Assembly (NCBI GenBank): GCA_025934955.1 | Contig: JAICWE010000005.1 | Span: forward strand, 11,558-75,557 | Length of the DNA: 64,000 nt | Reading direction: 5' to 3' | Source: Gemmatimonadales bacterium | GTDB taxonomy: Bacteria > Gemmatimonadota > Gemmatimonadetes > Gemmatimonadales > GWC2-71-9 | Notes under the pieces: generated by a model | What the model was told of the DNA's origin: nothing | What the model saw: only the letters and a program-made list of their open reading frames with translations | Database searches by the model: none | Shown here: positions 53,088 through 62,515 of the stretch, piece after piece | How positions within the stretch are numbered: the stretch's first letter is position 1 | How the letters are laid out: every line of letters starts with the position of its first letter | Made by a program: the position numbers and the translations under genes

Positions 53088-55927
53088 TGGCGGACCCGAC
53101 GCCGCGGCTCTTCCTTCTCGATGGCTATGCGCTGATCTATCGCGCATTCTTCGCGATGATCAGCCGTCCGCTCCGCACCTCGCGCGGCGAGAACACTTCC
53201 GCCGCGTGGGGCGTCGTCAACTTCCTTCTGCGGCTGCGGGAGAAGTACCGGCCCGACTACATCGTCTGGGTCAACGACGCCGGCACCTCCTTCCGCGATC
53301 AGCGCTATCCCGCGTACAAGAGCACCCGTGAGAAGCTGGGCGACGAGCTCCAGGCCGACTTCGACCGCTCGGTCGAGCGGATCTGCGACCTGCTCGACGC
53401 CTTCGGCATCCCGGTCGTCGCGGTGAAGGGCTACGAGGCCGACGACGTGATCGGCACGCTCGCCGCCGCCGCGCCCGCGCGCGGCCTCGAGGCGGTGATC
53501 GTGTCGGGCGACAAGGACTTCTACCAGCTCATCGGTCCCGGCGTGTCGCTGCTCAATCCGGGGCGCGGCGGGCCCGCCGCGGTGGACGAGGTGTGGGTGG
53601 ACGAGTCCAACGCCGCCGAGCGGCTCGGCGTGCCGCCGCGGCAGGTGGCGGACTTTCTCGCGCTGGTGGGCGACACGTCGGACAACGTGCCCGGCGTCAA
53701 AGGCATCGGCGAGAAAGGCGCGCAGAAGCTGCTCGCCGACTACGGCGATCTCGAGACCATCCTCGGGCACGCCGAGGAGGTGATCGCCAAGCGCACCCGC
53801 GAGGCGCTGCTGGCGCAGTCCGACTCGGCGCGGCTCTCGCGCGAGCTGGTGACGATCCGCTGCGATGTGCCGGTGTCGCTCGAGATCGAGCGGTTCGCCC
53901 GGCGCGAGCCGAACGTCGAGGCGCTCACCCGGATCCTGTCGGAGCTGGAGTTTTACTCGCTGGTGCGCCGGATCGGCGGCGCGCCGCCGGAATCTGCGCT
54001 CGGCCTGCCGGCCGCGCCCTCGGCGCTGCCGCTCGACGCGACCGCGCCGCCGCCCGCCGCCGACACCTGGCTCGTGCTCGAGGGCGGCGCCGAGCGCAGT
54101 GTCACCGTCCTCGACGACCCCGCGCTGCTGCCCGAGCTGATCGACCGCCTGCGCGCCGCGCCGATGGTGGCGCTCGACACCGAGACCAGCTCGCTCGAGC
54201 CGCACGACGCCGAGCTGATCGGCCTGTCGCTCGCGGCGAGTCCGACTGACGTGTGGTACCTGCCGTTCGGCCACACGCCGCGCGGCGGCGAGCTGGCGGC
54301 GCCCGCGCCGGTGCGGAACCTCCCGCCGATCCTCGGCCCCGAGTGCGCGGCGCTGGTGGCGCTGCTCCGCGATCCGACGGTGAAGAAGGCCGGCCACAAC
54401 ATCAAGTACGACTGGCAGGTGCTCCGTCGCGCCGGCATCGAGATCGCCGGCGTCGCGTACGATTCGATGCTCGCGAGCTTCGTCATCGATCCGGGCCGCC
54501 GCTCGCACGCGATCGACACGCTCTCGCTCGAGCACCTCGGCCGCGGGATGGAGAGCTACACCGATCTCACCGGCCGGGGAAAGGCGCAGATCCCGTTCGC
54601 CGAGGTGCCGGTGGCGCGCGCCGCGGCGTACTGCGGCGCCGATTCCGCGACGGTGCTGGCGCTGCGCGACTTCTTCGCGCCGACACTCGCCGCCGGCGCG
54701 CTGGAGCCGCTGCTGCACGACGTCGAGATGCCGCTGGTCCCGGTGCTGGTGGACATGGAATGGGCCGGCATCCGGGTGGACCGCGCGCTGCTCGCGCAGC
54801 TCTCCCTGCAGCTCGGCGCCGATCTCGACCGGCTGCAGGCGGAGATCGCCGCCGTCGCCGGCGAAGCGCTCAACCTCAACTCGCCGCGCCAGCTCGCCGC
54901 GGTGCTGTTCGAGAAGCAACAGCTTCAGGTGCTCAAGAAGACCAAGACCGGACCGTCCACCGACGCCGACGTGCTGGAGCAACTCGCCGCGATGGGCCAC
55001 GAGCTGCCCCGCCTGATTCTGGAGTACCGCGAGCTGGCCAAGCTGCGCTCCACCTACGTGGACACGCTGCCCGAGCGGATCAACCGCCACACCGGACGGA
55101 TCCACACCAGCTTCAACCAGGGCGGCGCCGCGACCGGCCGGCTCTCGTCGTCGGAGCCGAATCTCCAGAACATTCCGGTTCGCACGCCGCGCGGCGAGGC
55201 GATCCGCCGCGCGTTCATGCCGGCGCAGGGTTGCCGGTTCCTCGTCGCCGACTATTCGCAGATCGAGCTGCGGCTCATGGCGCATCTGTCGGAGGATCCG
55301 TCGTTCATCGCGGCGTTCCTCCAGGGCGGCGACATCCACCGGCAGACCGCCGCGCTGGTGTTCGACGTGCCGCTCGCCGAGGTGGCGCCGGCGATGCGCG
55401 CCCGCGCCAAGACGATCAACTTCGCCACCATCTACGGCCAGGGGCCGTTCGCGCTGTCGCGCCAGCTCGGCATCAGCCAGGACGACGCGAAGCTGTTCAT
55501 CGCCCGCTACTTCGAGCGCTTCAGCGGGGTGCGGCGCTTCCTCGACGCGCAGGTGCAGCTCGCCCGCGAGCAGGGCTACGTCGAGACGCTGTTCAAGCGG
55601 CGCCGCTACATCCCCGAGATCCGCGACAAGAACTTCAACATGCGGCAGTACGGCGAGCGCAACGCGCAGAACTCGCCGCTCCAGGGCTCGGCGGCGGATC
55701 TGATCAAGCTCGCCATGATCCGGATCCATGGCGCGCTCGGCGAGCGCGGCCTCGAAAGCCGCATGCTGCTCCAGGTGCACGACGAACTGGTCTTCGAGGT
55801 GCCGGAGCGGGAGATCGACCCGATGCGGGAGCTGGTGCGCGACTACATGGAGCACGTCATCGAGCTGCGGGTGCCGCTGGTGGTGGACATCGGGGTGGGT
55901 GATAACTGGCTCGACGCAAAGGCGTGA
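53087..55927 (+). CDS. polA: DNA polymerase I
   Basis: 5' nuclease 'LFLLDGYALIYRAFFA'. 3'-5' exonuclease 'VALDTETSSLEP'. Polymerase motifs 'LVADYSQIELRLMAHLS' and 'LQVHDELVFEV'. ATG 53087 (TGATG junction) or GTG 53084. Confidence 0.95.
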   Translation: MADPTPRLFLLDGYALIYRAFFAMISRPLRTSRGENTSAAWGVVNFLLRLREKYRPDYIVWVNDAGTSFRDQRYPAYKSTREKLGDELQADFDRSVERICDLLDAFGIPVVAVKGYEADDVIGTLAAAAPARGLEAVIVSGDKDFYQLIGPGVSLLNPGRGGPAAVDEVWVDESNAAERLGVPPRQVADFLALVGDTSDNVPGVKGIGEKGAQKLLADYGDLETILGHAEEVIAKRTREALLAQSDSARLSRELVTIRCDVPVSLEIERFARREPNVEALTRILSELEFYSLVRRIGGAPPESALGLPAAPSALPLDATAPPPAADTWLVLEGGAERSVTVLDDPALLPELIDRLRAAPMVALDTETSSLEPHDAELIGLSLAASPTDVWYLPFGHTPRGGELAAPAPVRNLPPILGPECAALVALLRDPTVKKAGHNIKYDWQVLRRAGIEIAGVAYDSMLASFVIDPGRRSHAIDTLSLEHLGRGMESYTDLTGRGKAQIPFAEVPVARAAAYCGADSATVLALRDFFAPTLAAGALEPLLHDVEMPLVPVLVDMEWAGIRVDRALLAQLSLQLGADLDRLQAEIAAVAGEALNLNSPRQLAAVLFEKQQLQVLKKTKTGPSTDADVLEQLAAMGHELPRLILEYRELAKLRSTYVDTLPERINRHTGRIHTSFNQGGAATGRLSSSEPNLQNIPVRTPRGEAIRRAFMPAQGCRFLVADYSQIELRLMAHLSEDPSFIAAFLQGGDIHRQTAALVFDVPLAEVAPAMRARAKTINFATIYGQGPFALSRQLGISQDDAKLFIARYFERFSGVRRFLDAQVQLAREQGYVETLFKRRRYIPEIRDKNFNMRQYGERNAQNSPLQGSAADLIKLAMIRIHGALGERGLESRMLLQVHDELVFEVPEREIDPMRELVRDYMEHVIELRVPLVVDIGVGDNWLDAKA

Positions 55928-55937
55928 CCGGCCGCTC

Positions 55938-55967
55938 TTGACGGCCTCCGGTCACGGGGTGCACTCT
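55938..55967 (+). promoter_or_regulatory. Promoter candidate TTGACG-N18-CACTCT, with the -10 ending 6 nt before ATG 55974 (leaderless candidate)
   Basis: Read directly from the sequence. The -10 is weak. Confidence 0.3.
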
Positions 55968-55973
55968 ACCCTC

Positions 55974-56549
55974 ATGCCCCTACGATTCCGCTGTGCCGAC
56001 GACTCCGGCGCGGAGTTCACCTGGGCCACCGTCGCCGAGGTGCTCGACGCGCTCGAGGCCGGCGTGCTCGATCCCCACGCGCACATCTTCGACGCCGTTC
56101 GCCAGTGCTGGCAGATCGCCGGCGCGCACCCCGAGGTACGTGCGGCGTGGGAGGAGCGGCTGCGCTTTCAGCCGGCCGGCGCCGCCGGTTTCACTCTTCC
56201 GCCGCTCCCCGAGCTCACGCCGGCGCCGGCCGCGGTCGCGGGCGACGGCCTCGATGATCTGGCCCGCCGCCGCCTCGCGCTCGCGCTGGTGCGCGAAGGC
56301 CGGGCCGCCGCCGCCGCCGCCCTGCTGCTCGGTGAGCCGGTGCCGCCCGCGCCGCCGGGACCGGCGCGCCCCGCGGTGCCGCCGGTGTCCGCCGGCCTGC
56401 TCGCGGCGGCGGTGATGCTGCTGGGTCTGGTCGCGTGGGGTGTGGCGGAGGTGGCGCGAGGCGTGGCCGACGTCGCGGCGATGCGGGGCTCGGCCCCGGT
56501 CGCCGCGCAGCTCACGGCGGCGGCGCCGGTGGAGGAGGTGAAGCGCTGA
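55974..56549 (+). CDS. Hypothetical membrane-anchored protein with GYF_2-like N-terminal domain
   Basis: 191 aa. 'FRCADDSGAEFTWATVAEVLDALEAGVLDPHAHIFDAVRQCWQIAGAHPEV'. Pro-rich linker. TM segment 'LLAAAVMLLGLVAWGV'. Confidence 0.5.
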   Translation: MPLRFRCADDSGAEFTWATVAEVLDALEAGVLDPHAHIFDAVRQCWQIAGAHPEVRAAWEERLRFQPAGAAGFTLPPLPELTPAPAAVAGDGLDDLARRRLALALVREGRAAAAAALLLGEPVPPAPPGPARPAVPPVSAGLLAAAVMLLGLVAWGVAEVARGVADVAAMRGSAPVAAQLTAAAPVEEVKR

Positions 56550-58782
56550 CGCCGGGCCACCAGTTCCACCGGCCGGCCAGGTGCATGAACGCCGGCACCA
56601 GCACCATCCGGATCACCGTCGCATCCAGCAGCACCGCGATCGCCAGGCCGAATCCCAGGAACTGCATCACCAGCACCCGCGCGAACGCAAAACTTCCGAA
56701 CACCAGGATCATGATCAGCGCGGCCGAGGTGATCACCGACGCCGTGGCGCTCACGCCTTCGCGGGTGGCGATGTCGTTGCGGCCGGTGCGGTCGAACGCC
56801 TCCTTGATCCGGCTCAGCAGGAACACCTCGTAGTCCATGCTCAGCCCGAACACCACCGCGAAGACCAGCACCGGCACCACGACGAAGATCGCCGCCGTCG
56901 GCCCGTCCAGCCCGAACAGCCGCGCGCCGTAGCCGTGCTGAAACACGAACACGATGAGCCCGAAGGTGGCGCTCACCGACAGCGTGTTGAGCACGATCGC
57001 CTTGATCGGAATCAGCACCGAACGGAAGGCGATCGCCAGCATCACCGCCGTCGTCGCCAGGATGATGCCCACCAGCAGCGGGAAGCGCTGCATCAGGTCC
57101 GCCTGGAAATCCAGCGCCGAGGCGACGTAGCCGGTGACCACGATGGCGGCGCCGCGGAGCTGCTTCGGCGGATGCGTCCGCTCCGCCCGTACCGCGCGGA
57201 CCAGGTCCATCTGGGTGGTGAGCGACGTCGTGTCGGACGGAATCAGGTCCAGCAGCGCGGTGCGGCCGTCGGCGCTCAGGTAGGCGTCTACCAGATCGGG
57301 ATAGCGCGCGCGCGCCGAATCGAGATCGCTGTACGCCAGCGACAGCTCCAGCAGCGACCGGCTGGGCCCGATGTCCACCAGGCTCCGCACCTCGCGCACC
57401 CGCGGATCGGCGCGGAGCGAATCGGAAAGGGTGCGGAGCCCGCGCAGGCCGGTGAGATCGGTCGCGCTGCGTCCCGGCGGGAAGGTGACGAGCACCCGCA
57501 CCGGCTGGATGTAGCCCACCACGCCCATCCGCTGCAGCACCTCCACGCCGCGCCCCGCCTCGGTGCTGCCCGGCCACCAGTTGCGCGCCGGCAGGCCGAT
57601 CCGGATCTGGAACAGCGGCGCGGTCAGCACCGCGATCGCGATGCCGCCCAGCACCAGTGCGCGCCACGGATGCCGGTGAAGACTCCGCGCCCACGTCTCC
57701 CAGATCTGCGGCGAGTGATACCACGCCAGCCGCCGTGCCAGCCAGCGCGGCCGGTCGATGTCGCGTCCGATCAGCGCGAGCAGGGCGGGGAGCAGCGTCA
57801 CCGAGAGCAGCACCGCCACCGCGACCACGATGAGCCCGCCGATCCCGACGCTGCGGGTCTCGATCAGCGGCGTGAGCAGGAGCGCGGCGAAGCCGACCAC
57901 CACCGTCAGGCCCGACGTGATCACCGCGATCCCCGCCGTGAGCATGGTGTTGACCGCCGCCTCGCGCCGCCGCACCCCCCGGCTCAGCTCCTCCCGGAAG
58001 CGGGTGACCACCAGCAGCGAGTAGTCGATGCCCACGCCGAGCCCGATCATCGTCGTCATGTTGAGCACGAAGATGGACATCGGGGTCACGTGGGTGAGCA
58101 GGCCGATGATCGTGAGCGAGACGGCGATCGCCAGGAAGCCGACGACCAGCGGCAGCAGCGCAGCGACCAGCGCGCCGAAGGCCAGCAGCAGGATCAGCAG
58201 CGTGAGCGGGAAGAGCCGCGCCTCGCCCCGCTTGCTGTCCTCCGCGCTCACCCGACGGACGTCGAGATCCAGCGGCGCGCGGCCGGTGACGAGGGCGGTG
58301 TACGCCTCGTGGCCCGGGACTCGCGCGAGCGCCTCCCGAACGGTCGAGCGGGTCGGCGTCACCAGCCGGCCCGCGCTGTCGCCCGAGACGATGTCCAGGT
58401 TGACGACGAGAAAGGTTGTGCGGCCGTCGGCGCTCAGGAACGTCGAATCATGCACCGTGCGGATGCTGAACACCCGGCGGACCCACGGCTGGCGCTCCAG
58501 CGCCGTGACGACGCTGTCCAGCGCCTCACGAGAGCGGCCCTGATCGAATCGATCGGGGCCGCTGAGTGTCACCGCAAAGAACTCGGCCACGGGCCGGCGA
58601 AACCGGGAGGCCAGGGCCTCCCCGGCCTCCGACGCCTCGGTGGGCGTGCTGCCGCCGCCGGTGATGTTGAGCGTTTCTTGCGTGTGGGGGGCACGGATCG
58701 CGGCGACGGCGCCGATCGCCGCCCAGACCACCACCACGAGCCAGCGCCAGCGGACCAGCGCCCGCGCGAAGGATTCCATCAC
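56512..58782 (-). CDS. MMPL / RND-superfamily transporter
   Basis: 756 aa. Two 6-TM bundles, each preceded by a large loop, with typical MMPL repeats. GTG 58782 or ATG 58779. Confidence 0.85.
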   Translation of the reverse strand: MMESFARALVRWRWLVVVVWAAIGAVAAIRAPHTQETLNITGGGSTPTEASEAGEALASRFRRPVAEFFAVTLSGPDRFDQGRSREALDSVVTALERQPWVRRVFSIRTVHDSTFLSADGRTTFLVVNLDIVSGDSAGRLVTPTRSTVREALARVPGHEAYTALVTGRAPLDLDVRRVSAEDSKRGEARLFPLTLLILLLAFGALVAALLPLVVGFLAIAVSLTIIGLLTHVTPMSIFVLNMTTMIGLGVGIDYSLLVVTRFREELSRGVRRREAAVNTMLTAGIAVITSGLTVVVGFAALLLTPLIETRSVGIGGLIVVAVAVLLSVTLLPALLALIGRDIDRPRWLARRLAWYHSPQIWETWARSLHRHPWRALVLGGIAIAVLTAPLFQIRIGLPARNWWPGSTEAGRGVEVLQRMGVVGYIQPVRVLVTFPPGRSATDLTGLRGLRTLSDSLRADPRVREVRSLVDIGPSRSLLELSLAYSDLDSARARYPDLVDAYLSADGRTALLDLIPSDTTSLTTQMDLVRAVRAERTHPPKQLRGAAIVVTGYVASALDFQADLMQRFPLLVGIILATTAVMLAIAFRSVLIPIKAIVLNTLSVSATFGLIVFVFQHGYGARLFGLDGPTAAIFVVVPVLVFAVVFGLSMDYEVFLLSRIKEAFDRTGRNDIATREGVSATASVITSAALIMILVFGSFAFARVLVMQFLGFGLAIAVLLDATVIRMVLVPAFMHLAGRWNWWPGVSASPPPPAPPP

Positions 58783-58789
58783 GGGCGCA

Positions 58790-58795
58790 ATGTTA
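58790..58795 (-). promoter_or_regulatory. -10-like TAACAT 7 nt upstream of the MMPL GTG (leaderless candidate)
   Basis: Minus strand reads TAACAT-tgcgccc-GTG(58782). Confidence 0.35.
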
Positions 58796-58877
58796 GACGC
58801 GGCATCGGGCCGGCGCCAGCGGGGCGCCGGCCCGGAACGGCGGCCGGTGCCGCTGGCGAAGGTCGCGAACCGTCTCG

Positions 58878-58883
58878 CATATT
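58878..58883 (+). promoter_or_regulatory. -10-like CATATT 9 nt upstream of the matrixin gene ATG
   Basis: CATATT-ccgagagtc-ATG(58893). Confidence 0.25.
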
Positions 58884-58892
58884 CCGAGAGTC

Positions 58893-59699
58893 ATGAACCG
58901 GCTACTGCCCGTCCTCACCGTCATCCTGCTGCTGCTGGTCGTGGTCGACCGGCTCGGCCACGTCGTCTCGGCCGCGCTGGTGACCACGACGTCGGCGCCC
59001 GCGTTGCACCCGGCGGTGCCGCATCCGTCGCGCAGCGTCGCGGCCGCGCCGCATGTCGCGGACAGCGCCGACGTCGAGGACACCAGCAGCGCCGGCGCCA
59101 CGCCGACCATCGACCGGCTGGCCCGCCTCGCCACCCGCCAGCAGCTCGCGCGGGAGGCGGGAGAGACCTACATCGATTCCCTGATTCTCAGCACCGATTC
59201 GGTGGTGCGGCGCTGGCCTGACCGGAGCGGCCCGCTCCGGATCGCGATCATCGAGGGTGGGCCGCGCGAGTGGACGCCGCAGATGGCCGACTACGTCCGC
59301 GACGCGATGTCGCGCTGGGAGGGCGCCGGCCTCGGCGTGCGCTTCGAGGAGGTGCACGACACCACCGATGCCGACATCACCGTGCACTGGATCGACCGCT
59401 TCGCCTTCGATCGCGCCGGCCAGACCGACCTCACCTGGGACCAGCTCGGCCGCGTGCGGCACGCGTCGGTCGCGCTCGCGGTCCACACCAGCGTCGGGCT
59501 CCCGATCCCGGAGTCGGCGCTCCTCGCCGTGGCGGTGCACGAGACCGGTCACGCACTCGGCCTCCCGCACTCCGCCGACTCGACCGACGTGATGTTTCCC
59601 GCCACCCGCACCGGCACCCTCTCCGACCGCGACCGCCGCACCGCGCTTCTGCTCTACCGGCTCGCCCCCGGCCCCATCCGCGACATCGGCGCCCGCTGA
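58893..59699 (+). CDS. Matrixin (M10) family zinc metalloprotease
   Basis: 268 aa, N-terminal TM or signal segment. 'AVHETGHALGLPHSADSTDVMF' is HExxHxxGxxH plus a Met-turn. Confidence 0.8.
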   Translation: MNRLLPVLTVILLLLVVVDRLGHVVSAALVTTTSAPALHPAVPHPSRSVAAAPHVADSADVEDTSSAGATPTIDRLARLATRQQLAREAGETYIDSLILSTDSVVRRWPDRSGPLRIAIIEGGPREWTPQMADYVRDAMSRWEGAGLGVRFEEVHDTTDADITVHWIDRFAFDRAGQTDLTWDQLGRVRHASVALAVHTSVGLPIPESALLAVAVHETGHALGLPHSADSTDVMFPATRTGTLSDRDRRTALLLYRLAPGPIRDIGAR

Positions 59700-59779
59700 G
59701 TCCTCGCAGTGCGCGGGCGGCGTTGCGTCCCGCGGCGGTATCACACCAATCCCTCAGCTCGATAGCCGCGCGACGAGCG

Positions 59780-59795
59780 TGGCACGGCACTCGCA
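59780..59795 (+). promoter_or_regulatory. Sigma-54 (-24/-12) promoter candidate upstream of the serine-hydrolase gene
   Basis: TGGCAC-ggcac-TCGCA. Exact spacing and correct orientation, about 50 nt upstream of the signal-peptide-like coding segment. Confidence 0.45.
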
Positions 59796-59842
59796 CGCGC
59801 GCGCCCCGCACACCACCCTCAGCCACCCCCGGGAGCGCGCGC

Positions 59843-61033
59843 ATCATCGTTTCGCTGGTCCTCTCGTCCGCCATCGGCGCTTCCGCCGGCCCGCCCGCAA
59901 AGCCGGCCGGTCCCCATCTCTCGTTCAAGACGATCGAGGCGACGGTGCGGCGCGGCATCAGGCGCGGCATCTATCCCGGCGCCGTCGTGGTCGTCGGCCG
60001 GCGCGACACGGTGCTCTACGCCCGCGGCTTCGGCCACCTGACCTGGAGCGTGCGCTCCCCGGTGCCGCGGGCCGACTCGACGCTCTGGGATCTCGCGTCG
60101 CTCACCAAGGTGGTGGCGACGACCAGCGCGGTGATGCGCCTGGTGGAGCAGGGGCGGATCGATCTCGACGCGCCGGTGCGCACCTACCTGCCGCGCTTCA
60201 GCGGCGGCGGCCGGGAGGCGGTGACCGTGCGCATGCTGCTGGATCACACCAGCGGACTCCGGAGCTATCTGCCGCTCTATCGCCTGGCGACGACCCGCGA
60301 ACAGGCGATGGACCTGATCTACGCCGAGCCGCTCTCGCGCGAGCCCGGCAGCGCCGCGGAGTACAGCGACCTCAATGCGCTGCTGGTCGGCTTCCTGATC
60401 GAGGCCGTGACCGGCGAGCCGCTGGATCACGTCGTCCGCCGCGAGGTGCTGGAGCCGCTGCACCTCGGCAGCACCACCTATCACCCGCCCGCGGCGTGGC
60501 TCCGGCGCACCGCGCCGTCGGGACTCGACCGCGGCCACAAGGTGCGGCGCGGCGCGGTGAACGACCTCAACGCCGCGCTCTTCGGCGGCGTCGCGGGACA
60601 CGCCGGCCTCTTCTCCACCGGGCGCGATCTCGCGCGCTACGCCCAGATGTGGCTCCGGCACGGGAAGGCGGGCGGCACGCAGTGGGTGAGCGACTCGGTG
60701 CTCGACCGCTTCCTCGTCCGCGGCGATCACAGCGGCACCCGCCTGCTCGGCTGGGACACGCCCGATACCACCGGCGAGGATCCCAGCGTTTTCGGCCGGC
60801 TGGCGAGTGACGCGGCGTACGGCCACACCGGCTGGACCGGCACCGAGCTGTGGATCGACCCGGCCAACAATCTCTTCCTCGTCTTCCTCACCAACCGGAG
60901 CTTCGAGCCGCGGAGCCGCCACAACTCCATCCGCGAGCTGCGGGTGGTGCGCGCCGATCTCTCCGACGCGGTGCAGCGGCTGGTGCCGCGGCCCTGTCTC
61001 GCCCAGCCGGTACCGATCGCGCGCCCCTGTTAG
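59843..61033 (+). CDS. Beta-lactamase-family serine hydrolase (class C / PBP4*-like); start codon unresolved
   Basis: 'GIYPGAVVVVGRRDTVLYARGFG...LWDLASLTKVVATTSAVMRLVEQG' carries the SxxK motif. 'GHTGWTGTELWIDP'. The in-frame signal-like 'IIVSLVLSSAIGASAG' has no ATG/GTG/TTG before it. Candidate starts are ATC 59843 after GGGAG, CTG 59855, GTG 59945 and TTG 59723. Confidence 0.7.
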   Translation: MIVSLVLSSAIGASAGPPAKPAGPHLSFKTIEATVRRGIRRGIYPGAVVVVGRRDTVLYARGFGHLTWSVRSPVPRADSTLWDLASLTKVVATTSAVMRLVEQGRIDLDAPVRTYLPRFSGGGREAVTVRMLLDHTSGLRSYLPLYRLATTREQAMDLIYAEPLSREPGSAAEYSDLNALLVGFLIEAVTGEPLDHVVRREVLEPLHLGSTTYHPPAAWLRRTAPSGLDRGHKVRRGAVNDLNAALFGGVAGHAGLFSTGRDLARYAQMWLRHGKAGGTQWVSDSVLDRFLVRGDHSGTRLLGWDTPDTTGEDPSVFGRLASDAAYGHTGWTGTELWIDPANNLFLVFLTNRSFEPRSRHNSIRELRVVRADLSDAVQRLVPRPCLAQPVPIARPC

Positions 61034-61062
61034 GTTGCAGCATCTTCAACCGGCAGCGCCGC

Positions 61063-61362
61063 ATGATCACCGCCGACACCGTTCGCAAGGCGATCCGGGC
61101 CGTGAAGGACCCGGAGCTCAACCTCAACATCATCGACATCGGCCTGGTGTATGACGTGACCGTCGGCGACGCCGGCGAGGTACACGTGAGCATGACGCTC
61201 ACCTCGCCCGGCTGCCCCGCGGGCGCCGAGATCATCCAGGACGTGAAGCAGGTGGTGGGAGACCTCGAGGGCGTGACGGCGGTGGACGTGGAGCTGGTGT
61301 GGGAGCCCTACTGGACGCCGGAGCGGATGGACCCGCGGGTCAAGGCGTTCCTGGGTTTCTGA
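61063..61362 (+). CDS. DUF59 / SufT-like Fe-S cluster assembly protein
   Basis: ATG 61063 gives 99 aa. 'VKDPELNLNIIDIGLVYDV...VHVSMTLTSPGCPAG'. Confidence 0.85.
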   Translation: MITADTVRKAIRAVKDPELNLNIIDIGLVYDVTVGDAGEVHVSMTLTSPGCPAGAEIIQDVKQVVGDLEGVTAVDVELVWEPYWTPERMDPRVKAFLGF

Positions 61363-62515
61363 CCGGAGGCGCCGCCGGCGCGGCACTCGCCCCGAGCAGC
61401 TCCGCTCCGATCGCATTCACCTGCCACTTCCGGATTCCGGCCACCTGCGCCAGATCCTCCGGACTCTGCGGGTTCGCCCGGGCGATCGCCTCCAGCGTGC
61501 CGTTGGGACAGAGCACGCCCGGCGGCAGCTCGAACCGCGGATCGGCGGCGAGCGCGTTGCGCGCCGCCTTGAGCCGCTCGATCCGCGCGTCCACTTCGAG
61601 ATCCGGCGGGCGGCGGGGCGGCCGCTCGATGCGGGGCAGCGCGCTCTCCGGCAGCGCGAGCGCCCGCTGCACCGCCGCCAGGATGTCGCGCCCGCGCCGC
61701 TCCACCAGGTCCGGCCCGATGCCGGGCAGCGCGCGGAGCGCGACGGTGTCGGTCGGGAGCGCCCGGGCGACGCCGAGCATCGGCTCGTTGTTCATGATCC
61801 GGAACGCCGCGCGATCCAGTCGCGACGCCAGCTCGTCGCGCCAGGTGAACAGCTCGCGCAGCGCGGCGAGCGGCCGGCCCTTGAGCAGCTTGGCGCCTTT
61901 CATCCTCAGGTAGGGCGGCTCGCCGTTCGGCTCGGCGTTCCAGCGGGTCTGCTCCAGCAGCACGAACTCCTCCCGCGCCCAGCTCAGCCGCCCGCGCCGC
62001 TCCAGCTCCGCTTCCAGGATGTCGCGGAGCGACGCGAGGTAGTGGGTGTCGCTCGCGGCGTACGCCAGCATCTCGGCCGAGAGCGGCCGCGCCGACCAGT
62101 CGGCCCGCTGGAACTTCTTGTCGAGCTTGACGCCGAGATACTTCTCCAGCAGCGCGGCGAGGCCGATGCCGGGCTCGTTGAGCAGCTGCGCGGCGATGCG
62201 GGTGTCGAAGAGATTGCGCGCCCGCAGCCCGTACTCGAGATCGAGCAGCCGCAGGTCGTAGTCGGCGTCGTGGAAGACGATCTCGACCGCCGGGTCGGCC
62301 AGCAGCGCGCCGAACGGCGCCATGTCGGCGACGGCGAGCGGGTCCACGATCGCCGTCTCGGTGCGGGAGGAGAGCTGCAGCAGGTACACCCGGTCGCGGT
62401 GGCGATGGAAGCTCGCCGCCTCGGTGTCCACCGCCACCAGCGGCTCACCCGCGAGCCGCTCCATCAGCGCGACGAACGCATCCTGCCCCTCGATCAGCTC
62501 GGCGGCGTCGCTCAC
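61340..62515 (-). CDS. rnd: Ribonuclease D (DEDD 3'-5' exonuclease + HRDC domains)
   Basis: GTG 62515 gives 391 aa. 'PLVAVDTEAASFHRHRDRVYLLQL...VFHDADYDLRLL...YAASDTHYL'. The upstream part of the track ORF is Arg-rich and rejected. Confidence 0.8.
   Translation of the reverse strand: MSDAAELIEGQDAFVALMERLAGEPLVAVDTEAASFHRHRDRVYLLQLSSRTETAIVDPLAVADMAPFGALLADPAVEIVFHDADYDLRLLDLEYGLRARNLFDTRIAAQLLNEPGIGLAALLEKYLGVKLDKKFQRADWSARPLSAEMLAYAASDTHYLASLRDILEAELERRGRLSWAREEFVLLEQTRWNAEPNGEPPYLRMKGAKLLKGRPLAALRELFTWRDELASRLDRAAFRIMNNEPMLGVARALPTDTVALRALPGIGPDLVERRGRDILAAVQRALALPESALPRIERPPRRPPDLEVDARIERLKAARNALAADPRFELPPGVLCPNGTLEAIARANPQSPEDLAQVAGIRKWQVNAIGAELLGASAAPAAPPVRNPGTP

Noticed and set aside
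52970-55855. 961-aa minus-strand ORF antisense to polA. Similar cases are 35673..37406 (antisense to dnaN) and 56581..58896 (antisense to the MMPL gene).
   Set aside because: Low-complexity R/E/H/D-rich products. The opposite strands encode unmistakable PolA, DnaN and MMPL.
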